Below are positions 36,652 through 50,326 of a stretch of DNA of 64,000 nt, piece by piece. The stretch's first letter is position 1, and every line of letters begins with the position of its first letter. The position numbers and the translations under genes were made by a program. This DNA comes from Chrysomallon squamiferum (taxonomy: Eukaryota; Animalia; Mollusca). The notes under the pieces are model-generated. The model was not told the DNA's origin. It was given only the letters and a program-made list of their open reading frames with translations, and ran no database searches. The stretch covers positions 16,802,001-16,866,000 of the forward strand of contig CM022678.1 of assembly GCA_012295275.1 (NCBI GenBank), written 5' to 3'.

Positions 36652-37711
36652 GTGCGTACACATGGATGATTATTTTTAACATTGTAACAGCAGAGAAGAG
36701 TTCAGTGAAACTACTTCTTTACTGAGCAGATAACACAATAATGTGCTGATAAAAAAACCTTAACATACAGAGAAATAGATACATGTTTTGCTTTAATTTA
36801 ATTTAATTTATTTAATTTATTTTAAGTTTCCTTCATTTCCATTTATTTCATTTTAATTTTAATACAGTTATTGCCTTTCCTTTCATTCAATTTCTTTTCA
36901 TTTATTAATTTTATTATTTTATTTTATTTTGTTTTGTTTTATTTTATTTTATTGAATGTTATTTTATTTTATTTACTGAATTGCACAAATTTCTAAACAT
37001 TCTTAAAAATAATATTCATTCAGAAAAACGAAAAAAAAAAATTACATATTTATAACAACAACAAAATAAATATATATATATATAAGCATAAAATATTAAA
37101 GGGAATTAAATTTATTAAAATATATCTAAAAAACTAAATAAATAAAATTTTGGTGCTGATAATGAAATTGAATAAAATAATTATTTAATAAAAGAAAAAG
37201 AAAAATCCTTCACATTCCAAAATAATTTAAATGGGATTTGTACATTTCTGTTATACATAAATATAACTGACTGCCTCCCCTAGCTCAGCAGCAGAGAGAA
37301 AAATCTATATTTTTACTGTAAAAATATTGAGGTAATATTTTTTTAATTATTAAAATAAATTAGATTTAAGAATAATATACTTATCTTAGGTGATAAAGAG
37401 ATTATAGGAGTCGCTCAAGTATAGCTGGCTCTCACCAACCCAACAATGCCGGATACGCAGCTAATCATAGGGGAACCTTTTCACCTTGGTTAGTCAGTAG
37501 CCTTATTTACTGTTATGTACATCGACAGCTGGTTGAAACACTCGCACTTATGTTCACTGTTTAGAGGAACAATTAATATATGTAACATCTAAAATGGCGG
37601 GTTTTACTTCATTTCATACATGAAAGTTATAATTTTTCACTGTATTACTTTTGTAAATAAATTGAAATACAAAAAAAAAAAAAAAAAAAAAAAAACATTT
37701 AAATTTAAAAA

Positions 37712-37749
<38 letters not shown>

Positions 37750-38360
37750 CAATGAACAAAAAAAAAACTAAAAAATAAAAGGAAATAGCAAAAATTTGCT
37801 TTTGTCTTATCGAGTGTTCCGTCTTACTATGTTCGTGTAGGCATATATATATATATGTATGTATTAATGTATGTGTGTATGTGTGTATGTATTTATTTAT
37901 GTATGTGTTTGTATATGGATGTATGTATGAATGTACATTCGTACTTACATACAACGGAAGTATTTCCAGTGTAGTACGATCTCTATTCAAAAGGTATCGT
38001 TATAAAATATTTTTTATAGCTAACATCAGTCAGTGTGACTGTCTTTTAATCAATCGGATAAGCTATTCATATCACATTCGGGGTGTTTCTGAGAATGCTA
38101 AGCGAATTCGACTCACACAAAGGAAGAAGTAGAAAAGGGAAATCCCGTGTTTGAACTGACCCAGTTTGGTTATAAATATAGAATAAAATTTTAATTATTA
38201 ATTTTCAGATTTATGCACTTTTTACTTTTTGTATATGTGTGTAGGTTTCTTTATCAAGACAATACACTTCTTCCTTCTAATTTTAATTTATTTTACGTAT
38301 ATAGCTTAATCAGTTCAATTTGAATGGTGTGTTTTATAGCTTGAATTATAGTACGTTCGT

Positions 38361-38440
38361 GTCACCGTGATGTGGCAATTCAGTGAGCGTGCTGAGTCAC
38401 GGTTCGTATTGTTGGGAGTTCAAATCTTGACTGTGCGACC
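38361..38440 (+). ncRNA. tRNA-like / SINE-head element (copy 1)
   Basis: A-box-like TGGCAATTCAGTG and B-box GGAGTTCAAATCT in a T-arm-like stem; part of a larger unit present three times. Confidence 0.45.
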
Positions 38441-38874
38441 GTTACAAGCTACGTAAGTTGGCTGTGACACATCTCGGTGTCAAAATGGTTTTTTGCATTT
38501 AATTTTTTTTTTCTTCTTCTTAATATTATTATTCTTGTTATTGTCATATTTTTTATTATTATTACTATTATTGTTATTATTATCATTATTTCTTCTTATT
38601 ATTTATTTTGTGTGCTCTTCAGTTCAAATGTATTAATTTAAAAGTGTTTCCGTTGTTTCAGTGATACCGATGTACAGTTAATGTTATCGGCAACTACCTG
38701 TATGTGGTAACGTGAAGAATAGAAATACCCATTAGATGCTATCATCAATCTTTCTTTATCTCTTTCCCTGTCCGTTTTCAGTGTTTTGGTACTTTCTAAA
38801 TGTCTCTCTTTCTCTCTTTCTAACAGAAAGACTAAGAAAGGACAAGGAAAAAGACAAAGAGACATTTATAACAA

Positions 38875-38929
<55 letters not shown>

Positions 38930-39658
38930 GCTAATAATAATAATAATAAAGAAGAAGAAGAAGAAGAAGAAGAACAGTGGATGATTATTTTTCTTAATTA
39001 TTATATTTTAATTAAATATATTATTCTTATTTTTTATCTTTTTGGTTCCAGAATTTTTCTAATATGTAAATAATTAAAAAAAAACATTGTATCTACTTTA
39101 CAATAATAAAATCTTAATATATTTTTGTTTATGTAATATCCCATGCATGTATCTAAGTATGTATGCATGAATGAATGTATGTATTTATGTATGTATGTAT
39201 GTATGTATACAAATAAACACAGTTTATCTAAGTAGCTGAAAAATTGTCACTCTCACTGTACGATGTGACACAATTAGTGACATAACACTATTCATTTTGT
39301 AATCACGTCCGTAAGGTTTGAAGTGACAAGAACCAGATGTCCATAAAGTAACTTGCAGATGGCTAAGAGACTTTGACAAGACTTCTAGTGTTGTGACAAG
39401 ACAGAATCACGTACTTTGCATATAAAAGTTATAACAGTTTAAATGACAGTCCATTATTCATTTCCCACCATATAGTGACTGATTTGTTATGGTTGAAACA
39501 AATATCTCATCAGTATGATGTCTGTCTCGGTGTATATAAATATATATTTGTTATCTGTCGCCCGTCGAGAAAGAAATACAGATATGTACAAATACAGACT
39601 GAGGAACAGAAAGAGACACTTACAGAAACGTGAAATAAATAAATAATAAAATATATAA

Positions 39659-39746
<88 letters not shown>

Positions 39747-39884
39747 TAAATAAAAATAATACATTTAAAAAAAAAAAAAAGAGTAGTTGATCTTTTGCCC
39801 ACGAGACTGGCAATGTACGTAGTTTGTAACGCCCGCACAGTCAGGATTTGAACTCCCCACAGTACGTACCGTGACTCACCACAC

Positions 39885-42007
39885 TTTTTTTCTTTTTTTT
39901 TTTTAGTTATATTTTATCTTTATTTTCATGAGAGCACAGTGTAAGCAAAATCTGAAATCAACATGAACAACATCATGAAAATAAAAACAAAAATGAAACA
40001 AATTTAACATTAAACATTACTTTTAAAGATGTCTTAGCCAGTTGAGACTGTCAACCTGAAGTATGTAATACATAAAAATGTCAAATAATGCCAGTATTAA
40101 ATGCGTGACAATATACAGGAAACAATCACTTATACTGTTAGTAGAAAACAAGTATTTTCATATAAAATATATAATAATAATAATAAATGAAATGAAATGT
40201 TGAAAAAAAGAAGAAAAAAAAAAAAAAAAAAAAAGAAAAAAAAAGAGCAAACACTATTGAATCAAAAAATATTCAACCAGCGACAAACAAGTTAGAAAAA
40301 TGATGAACAATATATGTAAGTAAACACAAAATAATAATTTTAAAATCTATAAGCATTTTAAACCTATCATACAGCCTCACAATTCTTTTGTGCAATTAAT
40401 CATTTTTGAGTCTAGCTACATCTACAGTTTCATAAATTAATTATAAATACTAATGTCCAACAGGTTTCTTTTGTAGTCATCCCATTTTTTTTTTTTTTTT
40501 TCAATGTTACAAACATAACCTCTGGAACACTGATTACCATAAAATACTTTAATAATCATTCCAAGGCACAAGATTTTAAAGTGTCCAGAATGTCAGTATG
40601 GTTACTGGTTTTTTAAAGAACTTCCATTTTCAAAGATTTATCTGCGAGAAATACACTTCATATTATTTGATAATAGACTACTGTGATCTAAATTTACAAA
40701 TATACTTTGAATATATATGTTGAATTGGATATATGTTCACACTTCAAATTGTTCAGTTCCACATTTGTATTGTTTTTTGTTTTATTTATTGATAGTTTTA
40801 ATTAAAGTTAGAACTCATCTGTTTATTCCAAGAATATTCCTCAAAAGCACTTTTATACGCACACACAATTTTTATCCTAAGAATAATTATTTCGGTAAGC
40901 ATTCTGACAGTCTTTGTTTAACAACTGGAGAGAGGTAATCGGGAAAGGTAACATTAAACTGTACAATAAGATCTCCTCGTCTTGAAGGTTGTTTAGGCAA
41001 AGGCAAACCTTCCCCTTGAATTCTCTTTGTAGAATCAGGTTTGATAATTTCACTTAGGTTCAGTGGTATTTTACGTCCATCTAGTGTAGGGATAACTAAT
41101 GTTGTACCACACAGTGCTTCCCTCAGAGATAGTTTAGCTTTATACTTGATGTCACTACCATTACGAACAAATAATGGATGAGGTTTGTCTTTAATAGTAA
41201 ACACAATATCTGCTGGAATATTTCTAGGAGTCTGATCACCTTCTTTAGGAAATGTTATTTTGGTTCCTGCTTTCCATCCAGGTTTTACATCGATTGTTAG
41301 AATTTTGTCTTCATTCCTGACTGTACGGCCATCAGGATTCAAGACTTTACGTACAATCTTTAATTTTTTGGTTGTACCTTTGTAAATGTCCTCTAATGCA
41401 ATTGGCAGTTCTTTAATAACTGGTGGATCTTGTTTTTTCCTTTGCACTCCTTCACCCATTCCTCTAAACTGATTTCCACCACCTCCAAAACTAGCGAAAC
41501 TAGTGTCATCAGTATCCATGTCCTCACCTCCGTATGACTGAAAGAAGGTTGGTGCACTTCTATGTCCACCCATACCTCCACCACCTGTTGTCAAAAATCC
41601 TGCGAATGGGTTTTCATCTCCGAAAAACATACGGAAAGTTTCATGCGGGTTTCCGCTGTAAGAGTATTGAAAGTTTTGACCTCCCAAATCGGTTGCACCT
41701 CCTGGGCCATGTCCTTCAACTCCTTTCAATCCCTCTTCTCCGTATTGATCATAAATTTCTTTCTTCTTTGGATCACTTAAAACTTAGTAGGCTTCAGCTA
41801 TTTCTTTAAATTTTTCTTCAGCCCCAGGTGATTTATTTTTATCTGGGTGATATTTAAGGGACATTTTACGATAGCCCTTCTTAATCTCATCTTCACTTGC
41901 CCCCTTTGAAACTCCTAGAACCTTGTAATAATCTTTTCCCGTCATGATGATCCACTGAAAATCTTGACAGTCGAAAAACGTTAGTTACAAGTAACTTCGC
42001 CCTATAT
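39885..42007 (-). pseudogene. DNAJB4: Processed (retro)pseudogene of class B Hsp40 (DNAJB1/4/5 / DnaJ-1 family)
   Basis: Intronless ATG 41945 to stop 40887 (353 codons incl. stop): [12 protein letters not shown]...KYHPDKNK J-domain, G/F region, C-terminal domain. One TAA at codon 54 (41784-41786). ~1-kb 3'UTR, AATAAA 39919-39924, poly(A) 39885-39904, TSD tcaccacact at 39876-39885 and 42008-42017. Confidence 0.92.
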
Positions 42008-42498
42008 TCACCACACTCACCGCTCTGCCAAATCTCGACAATGACGATAAGTTCTAATTTAAGCTATACAATCCGCATTCAAACTCAACCGATTAAGCTA
42101 TATAAGTAAAATAAATTAACATTACAAGCAAGAAGTATGTTGTCTTGATATAGAAACCTACATACAGATATAAAAACTAAAAAGTAAGTAAATTTTAATA
42201 GTGATAAATAATTAAAAATTTGTTCTATATTTATAACGAAAGTGGGTCAGTTGAAACAGGGATTTCCCTTTTTACTTCTTCCTTTGTGTGAGTCGAATTC
42301 GCTTAGCATTCCAAGAAACACAACAAGTGTGACATGGATAGCTTATCCGACTGATAAAAATAAGACTGCCACACACACAAACACATCTCCACACACATTC
42401 ACATACACCATTCATACACAATTTGCAATGAATTGTTAATTCAAATAGGTATATAAATAACATATACTTATAACAAGAAGAAAATAAATATGACAGTT

Positions 42499-42624
<126 letters not shown>

Positions 42625-42689
42625 AATAATAACAATGATAGTACATACAACAACAACAACAACAGTATACTGGCAGTGGTATGTTTATT

Positions 42690-42901
42690 ATAAAAGGAAC
42701 CAAAAGTTTAAGTAAAACTTTAAAAAGTTTAAGTTACCTGAGAATGAACAGACAAAGAAAGAAAGAGAAAAAGAGAGAGACATTTACAAATCTTAGAAAG
42801 ACAGAGAATGGACAGGGAACAAGACAAAGAGACATTTATAAAGCACAGAAAGAGAGAATGGACAGGGAAAGGGAAAGAGAGAAAGAGAAATACTTTTATA
42901 A

Positions 42902-42970
<69 letters not shown>

Positions 42971-43073
42971 TTATAAAGTATAGAAAGACTGACAATGGAT
43001 AGAGAGAAAGAGAAAGAGAGACAATTATAAAGCACGGAAAGACTGAGAATGGACAGGGAAAGAGAGAGGGAGA

Positions 43074-43162
<89 letters not shown>

Positions 43163-43620
43163 ATAATATCCCTGAGAATGGACAGCGAATGGACAGACCT
43201 TTTAAAGTAGGACAAATTGAGAATGAAAAGACAAAAGAAAGAGAGAGACACAAAGAAAGACTGAGAATGGATAGAGAGAAAGAAAGAGAGAGACATTTTA
43301 AAGCACGGAAAGTGAGAATGGACAGGAAAAGAGAGAAAGAGAGACATTTATAAAGTATAGAAAGACTGACAATGGAAGAGAAAGAGAAAGAGAGAGACAT
43401 TTATAAAGCACGGAAAGTGAGAATGGACAGGGAAAGAGAGAAAGAGAGACATTTAGAAAGAATAAAAAACTGAGAATGAACTTCGAAAGAGAAAAAGAGA
43501 GATCATTATTAAGCAGAGAAGGACTGAGAATTGAGAGTTAAGGAGAGAAAGAGAGAGACATTTAGAAAGCATAGAAATAATGACAATGTGATAATGGACA
43601 GGGAAAGTGAGAAAGAAAGA
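42690..43620. repeat. Diverged purine-rich ~52-bp minisatellite interleaved with (GA)n
   Basis: Recurrent agagagacatttataaagcacggaaagactgagaatggacagggaaag-like units; an inverted relative lies at ~38750-38870. Confidence 0.75.
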
Positions 43621-43890
43621 TTGATGATAACAGTAAATTTTGTTGTCATCATCTCCTGGGATATTTTCATTCATCACATTATCACATACACGTAATCGCT
43701 GATAACATTAATTATACATAGCTATCACTGAAACAACGGAAACACTTTTTCATTAATACATTTGAACTGAAAAGCACACAATAAAATAATATAAAATAAC
43801 AACATAAAATAGTGATAATAATAATAATTATAGTAATAACAGTACGATGTAACACAATTAGTGACATAACACTATACATTTTGTACAGGC

Positions 43891-44178
43891 GTCCCTAAGG
43901 TTTGAAGTGACAAGGTCTAGACGTCCCTAATGTTTGAAGTGACAAGGTCTAGACGTCCCTAATGTTTGAAGTGACAAGGATTAGACGTCCCTAAGGTTTG
44001 AAGTGACAAGGTCTAGACGTCCCTAATGTTTGAAGTGACAAGGTCTAGACGTCCCTAATGTTTGAAGTGACAAGGATTAGACGTCCCTAAGGTTTGAAGT
44101 GACAAGGTCTAGACGTCCCTAATGTTTGAAGTGACAAGGATTAGACGTCCCTAAGGTTTGAAGTGACAAGGACCAGAT
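43891..44178. repeat. 32-bp minisatellite, 9 units
   Basis: gtccctaaKgtttgaagtgacaagg(tc/at)tagac starting at 43891, 43923 ... 44147; no spacers. Confidence 0.95.
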
Positions 44179-44376
44179 GTGCATAAAGTAACTTGCAGAT
44201 GGCTAAGATACCTTGACAAGACTTCTAGTCTTGTGACAAGACAGAATCAGGTACGTTGCATGTGACATATAAAAGTGATAACAGTTTAAACGACAGTCCA
44301 TTATTCATTTCTCAGCATAGAGTGACTGTTTTGCTATGGTTGAAGAAAATATCTCATCAGTATGATATCTGTCTCG

Positions 44377-44413
<37 letters not shown>

Positions 44414-44631
44414 ATCTGTCGCCCACCGAGAAAGAAATTCAGATATGTACAAAGAAAGACTGAGGATCAGAAAGAGACAGCAACAGAAAGGTGAAATAAA
44501 TAACTAAAATGTATATAAAATAATAATAAAAAATAAATAAATATATAAATTAAAATAATAAAAAAAATAAAAGGTTGGGGTTGAAATGTTGCCCCCAAGA
44601 CCTATCAAGGGCAATTTACATAGTTTGTAAC

Positions 44632-44712
44632 GACCGCACAGTCAGGATTTGAACTCCCCACATTACGAGCCGTGACTCACCACGCTCATCGCTCTGCCAA
44701 ATCTTGACGACA
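44632..44712 (-). ncRNA. tRNA-like / SINE-head element (intact copy; empty site of the DNAJB insertion)
   Basis: Minus strand GTCAAGATTTGGCAGAGCGATGAGCGTGGTGAGTCACGGCTCGTAATGTGGGGAGTTCAAATCCTGAC with A- and B-box-like motifs. Confidence 0.45.
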
Positions 44713-45055
44713 ACGATAAGTTCTAATTTAAGCTATACAACCCGCATTCAAACTCAACTGATTAAGCTGTATACGTAAAATAAATTAAAATTGCAGGCAA
44801 AAAATATATTGTCTTGATATAGAAACCTACACACACATACAAAAAGTAAGAAGTTAATAAATTTCAAAATTAATTATAAAAATGTTATTCTATGTTTATA
44901 ATTAAAATGCGTCAGTGGAAAGAGGGGATTTCCCTTTTTTACTTGTTTCGTTTGTGTGAGTCGAATTAGCTGAACATTCCGAGAAACACCTCAAGTGTGA
45001 CATGGATAGTTTATACGATTGATTAAAATAAGACGCACACGCAGTAACACACACA

Positions 45056-45128
<73 letters not shown>

Positions 45129-46387
45129 ACACACACACACAGAGAGGGAGGCACGAAGTTTCACAGACGAGCTGTTACTGGGTTGGATGGCGCGGAAGAG
45201 GATAGATCCAGTGAACCCAGAGACGAATTTAAAAATGTTTAGGGTAAATAAAACATGTTGGACAGTACTACTCTTCTTTCTGCTGTAGCTATTACTATTG
45301 CTACTACGACTACAACTACTACGAATATCACACAACAATAACGTATCAATAGGGGTGTACTTTCTAAAACGTTTCCTATCATTATAATAATCACATGCTA
45401 CTACTACTATTACTACTATTAGTACTACTACTGCTACTACTACAACTAATATCAATGCTGCAACAATAATGATGTACTGACACGTGTTAAGTTACTAAAC
45501 GTTTATTATTACTTACCATATTCTATTCCTACTATTAGTACTAGTACATTTATTATTGTGTTTATATGTGTATATATATTTTTGTGTGTATGTATATGTG
45601 TTTATAGGTGTATATATATTGGTGCATATATGTATCGTCATTTGTGTGTGTGTGTGTGTTTGTGCACGCATAATTTTTGACATTCCTTCAGCAGAGAACA
45701 GTCCAGTAAAATATATCCTTTCTGAGCATATAACACATACAATTAATATAGCAGAAACACATGGTACCCAGACATTGTACTGATAAGAGAAATCTTAATA
45801 TACAGAGACAGATATACATGTTTTATTTTACTTCACTTTAATTTAATTTATATTGATTTAATTTCCATTTATTTCATTTCATTTTAATTCGATTATTTAA
45901 ATTCATTCAATTTGTCTTCATTTATTTATTTTACTTTTGTTTTGTTTTATTGCATTTTACTTTATATTATTTTATTTTCTACTATTTTATTTTATTTTTT
46001 CTTTATTTTATTTTTTTATTTTGTTTAATTAAATTTATTTTAATTTTATTTCAAATCAGTTTATTTCACTTTATTTTAATAAGGAACAAAAATTATTAAA
46101 ACAACAACAAAAAACCCAATAACATTCCAAAATAACTTAAATGGGATTTGTACATTTCTATTATATACAAATATAAATGAATGTTTAGTCGGTTGCATTA
46201 TTTACTGTTAATGTGTTTTATACATCGGCAGCTGATTTAAACACTCACATTTGTGTTGATTGTTTGAGTTGTTAAAGGAAAAGTTAAAACCTGTAACATT
46301 TAAAACGGCGTGTTTTACTTCTTTTCATACAAAAAAGTGATATTCTTTTCACTGTATCACTTTTGGAAACAGATAATAATAAAACAA

Positions 46388-46434
<47 letters not shown>

Positions 46435-46628
46435 TAATAATCATAATCATAATAAAAATAATAATGATAATGATAATAATAAATTAATTAATTAATTAAT
46501 CAGTGCGTGTACATTCTTAAGTACATGCAAAGGAAGTATTTCCAGTATAGTATGATCTCTGTTCTAAATATAGACATGCTTCATTGGAAAATATAAGAAA
46601 ATGTTTATTTTTGTTCTATTACACACAA

Positions 46629-46641
46629 GGAAACTGAAACT
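46629..46641 (+). promoter_or_regulatory. ISRE/IRF-type element of copy D
   Basis: GGAAACTGAAACT, 223 bp before ATG 46864; CTAAATATAG at 46564-46573. Confidence 0.6.
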
Positions 46642-46863
46642 GCAAGTAGGACAGTAGCCGCTATAAAAGAAAGCACATTCTAGTATTCTTATAAAACAAA
46701 TAAGTATTTTTCGTTTCTTTCTTTTGCGTCTGAATTATTTAACATGTTAAGATAGTGTGTTACCTGTAGAAGAACTGACACAGGAAACTCGAATAACTTT
46801 TTCGCTACCGGATTTACAAGAACATTGAAATTCCCGATTCACGCGACGGAAGCTGAATTAAAA

Positions 46864-49800
46864 ATGTCCCCGATGATAATTCTGCTGTTTGTTTTATCTC
46901 AGACAGGTAAGTGTGTTTGACTAGTTTAAATATGTATTTGAATCTGTGTGCTGCCTTTGTGTTTGTATGTGCGTATACGTTTGCGTGTCTTTTTTGTCTT
47001 AAATATCTGAGTAACATTTAAATGTTTAAGCCACATAAAATAGCCTAATTGTTTCGTTTCTTGTTAAAAATAACCAGACAATCTAATGAGAGGACAGGAA
47101 AACACAGGATTCAGAAAATTAAATTGTAATCGTAGTAGTTAAATATAAGTAAATGAAATATAATTCTACATCGCACACAATTTATAATATCTATGTATCT
47201 ATTTATCTATCTATCTGTCTATGTATCTATCCCTCGATTTATCTAGCTATCTGTCTATGTATCTATCCATCTTTCTATCTAGCTATCTATCTATGTATAT
47301 GAAGCATGTTTCAAATTCACCTGCGCCGAAATACGTACGTCTCATGAAAAAAAAAACAATTATCGGCTCATGAGAGACTTTGTTATAAAAACACGTATAG
47401 CCGTAGAATTTATTTCCAGTGATTTGTGTTCCTAAGTTAAACAATTTGTCTTTATTATTTTTATTTCTAATAATAAAATCTTGTATTTATGTGTATGTAT
47501 ATATATATATTGCATATATAATATTATCCAAAATGCCGGTATTAATAATCTTTCATACTGTATTGGAAAAACTTTCGTAAAGTTTCCCTCCGTATTTTAA
47601 AGTAACAGATTCTTTTCATAGCTGTATCATTAGAAAGAGCACTTCTTTATATATATATATATATACAGTGAAATTGAATCTTAAAGCAACTTCACGTCCA
47701 AACACTCTGAGAGATATCTGAGCAGAGCGTGTTTTCTGCCGAACCACTTGATATGTCGCGGCCATGAAGCCGGTTTACTAGCCTAAAAACATTCCCCCGC
47801 ACCCAAAATTTATCACTAAATAGAATTTAAAGAATACAATCATAAAATGTAGTTGATTTATGCAAACTGTATGCTCCTTAATTGCAATGAACGCTGGGTT
47901 ATGCATAGTGATTCAGGATTCGTTAGTTACCAGATTTTAAAATACAGATGCTTTTGAGCACTCAGGATAAAATTTACATTTTATTATCTACATAAAGGGA
48001 AATTTGGTCATTTGTACGATAATCCTTCCTAAATCCTGCTTGAATTGCAAATAGCATATCATTTCAAGGTACAACTTTAATCTCTTGTTTAACACAGAAG
48101 ATAAAATAGATATAATAGGTCTATAATTTTCACCCTCTCCTGCCAATTTAATCTTAATGAAGAACACTGAGTACAGTTTAAAAATATCTAGGCGAGGTTT
48201 TTATATCGGGTTTCATGACCTGATCATGAGTGAAGGAAAATATTTCCGGCGTTACACGACTAATATTGTAAATATAGATATGTGTCATTGTTAAAATACG
48301 AAAAACATGCTTATTTTTAAATACGATCTATTCCCCATGTCCTACAAGGAAACTGAAGCTATAAATATCGGCCGAAGCGAGTATAAACAATATTCTTTGT
48401 AGTATTTTTGCAAAAGTTTAAGTATTTTTTGATATTTTTATTTTTCTTCGTCTAAAGTATTTAACATGTTAAGATAATGTGTTAGGTACAGAAGATCAAA
48501 TACTGAAACTTGATTAACTTTCTCGATGACGAATTCAGAAGAACATTGAGATTTCTGTTTCACGCAGACGGAATCTTAGTTAAAAATGTCCCGGTAGTAA
48601 TTCTTCTGTTTGTTTTATACGGGGACAGGGAAACATAATGTTAAAACAATTAAATTGTAAGCTTGGTAGTTCTGTATAAATAAATGAAATATAATTCTAC
48701 ATCCCACACAATTTAAAATATAAAAAATATATAATAGTTTACACATAGACTCGGCTGGGAAATATACGTACATCTGATTATGATATGTTTGGTATAAAAA
48801 CTACATGCAGCAGTACAGTTTATTTCCCGTTCTTAGAGTTCCTAAATTAAATTATTTAGATTTCTTCTGCAGACTTTTACTTTTTTATATAATTAATTAC
48901 CTTTTTGTTGTGTTTTTCATTTCGTTCTTTTAAATATTGTATATGTGTACACACACACACACACACACACAAATATATATACATATACATATTGAATATA
49001 TAAGATAACCCAAACAGCCTATATTAGTAGTCTGTCATACACTATTGAAAAACTTTCATGAAGTTTCTTGACTGTTTCCTAGAACAGATTCTTTTGTTAG
49101 TTATATCATTAGAAACGGCAATATTTTATATGTAGTAAAAAGAGTGTGAAATTGAAGATTAAAGCGATTATTCATCCAAACACTGTGTAGTAGTTTGCAG
49201 CTATATTACTTTTTGTTAATTACAATCAAAATCGCGTTAAGCATAACAAATCGGGATTCGCCAACTATGAACTTAATGACAATAATTTTATGGTAAGTGA
49301 ACAAGTCAGTTATCGAGATCATTGCAGATTTTAGAATACATATTTACTGTGTACACCGCAAACAAAATTGCATTCGTCTCCACATGTGTAAACTTAGTCG
49401 TTTTAACAATTGTTAAGTCCTAGCTTATTGTATGAACGTTATCTCGTATTGCGAAACACAGCGTTTGATTTGAGCTAGAAATGTCCTGGGTAGCCGCAGC
49501 CTCGTTATGGATCACCTGTTATGTTTGAACCTTTTTTGAATTCATAGGGATTTTTCTACAAGCTTTCTTCCTACAAACAGACTCAAGCAAACAAATGTTC
49601 CGGTTCTTGGCATCATTTGTGTATCCAACATAAATGTTTTTGCTCACCACAAGCGGTAAAGTTTCTTCACTATTTCAGAGCAACAGACGCTTTTCATCAG
49701 TATATCATTAGAAAGAGAAATATTTTATATGTAGTAAAGCACAATGAAATTGAAGCTTAAAGCAACAATGCGTTCAAACACTCTGTCTGTAGAAGTTTCA

Positions 49801-50291
49801 AAACACTACCCCGCCCCAGAGATTCCCCCTAGTTAAAGAAGTATCAGAAAAAATAAGTACAGCTTAAAAATATCTGGGAGCTGCTTTATTTCTGTAGCCA
49901 TGACGTCATCACATGTAGGACGGATCCTACTGTCGAAAGCAGAGATCGTTAACCTTGTCGCTAGGAACATCAGTAGACGTTTGACTGACTGTTGTGGGCG
50001 CTTGGAGTTTTTGGATAGATCGCTGGCTGCAGTGCCGAACTTAGACTTGGTGAGGCCCTAAGCTATGTAAATCTTTGAGGCCACTCAATCTTTTTATTCT
50101 TTTTTCTTCGTTTAAATAAATATGCCTTTTAATTATTTAATAACAAACTAAAAAAATGCAGGTCTAAACATTTTGGAAATCTTTTAACAAGGATGGTCCA
50201 GGATTTGTTTGCAGAAAATCCGATTTGCGATTTCGGAATAAGAAATGTTTGAAACGTTTTGTCTCTGGGGATCTCTATTTAGCGAAAATAA

Positions 50292-50326
<35 letters not shown>

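Noticed and set aside
38361-38440. Functional tRNA gene
   Set aside because: The acceptor and anticodon arms do not pair canonically and the copies differ; kept only as tRNA-like.
40887-41729. 280-aa ORF as a functional standalone gene
   Set aside because: It starts at TTG downstream of the nonsense codon of a processed pseudogene and lacks the J-domain.
41995-42007. TATAGGGCGAA on the minus strand resembling a T7/vector end
   Set aside because: Only an 11-bp match, the upstream T7 promoter bases are absent, and it is bounded by a genomic TSD.
43891-44178. CRISPR-like 32-bp repeats (also the 31-bp array at 53459-53985)
   Set aside because: Units are head-to-tail with no unique spacers, the context is eukaryotic and there are no cas genes.
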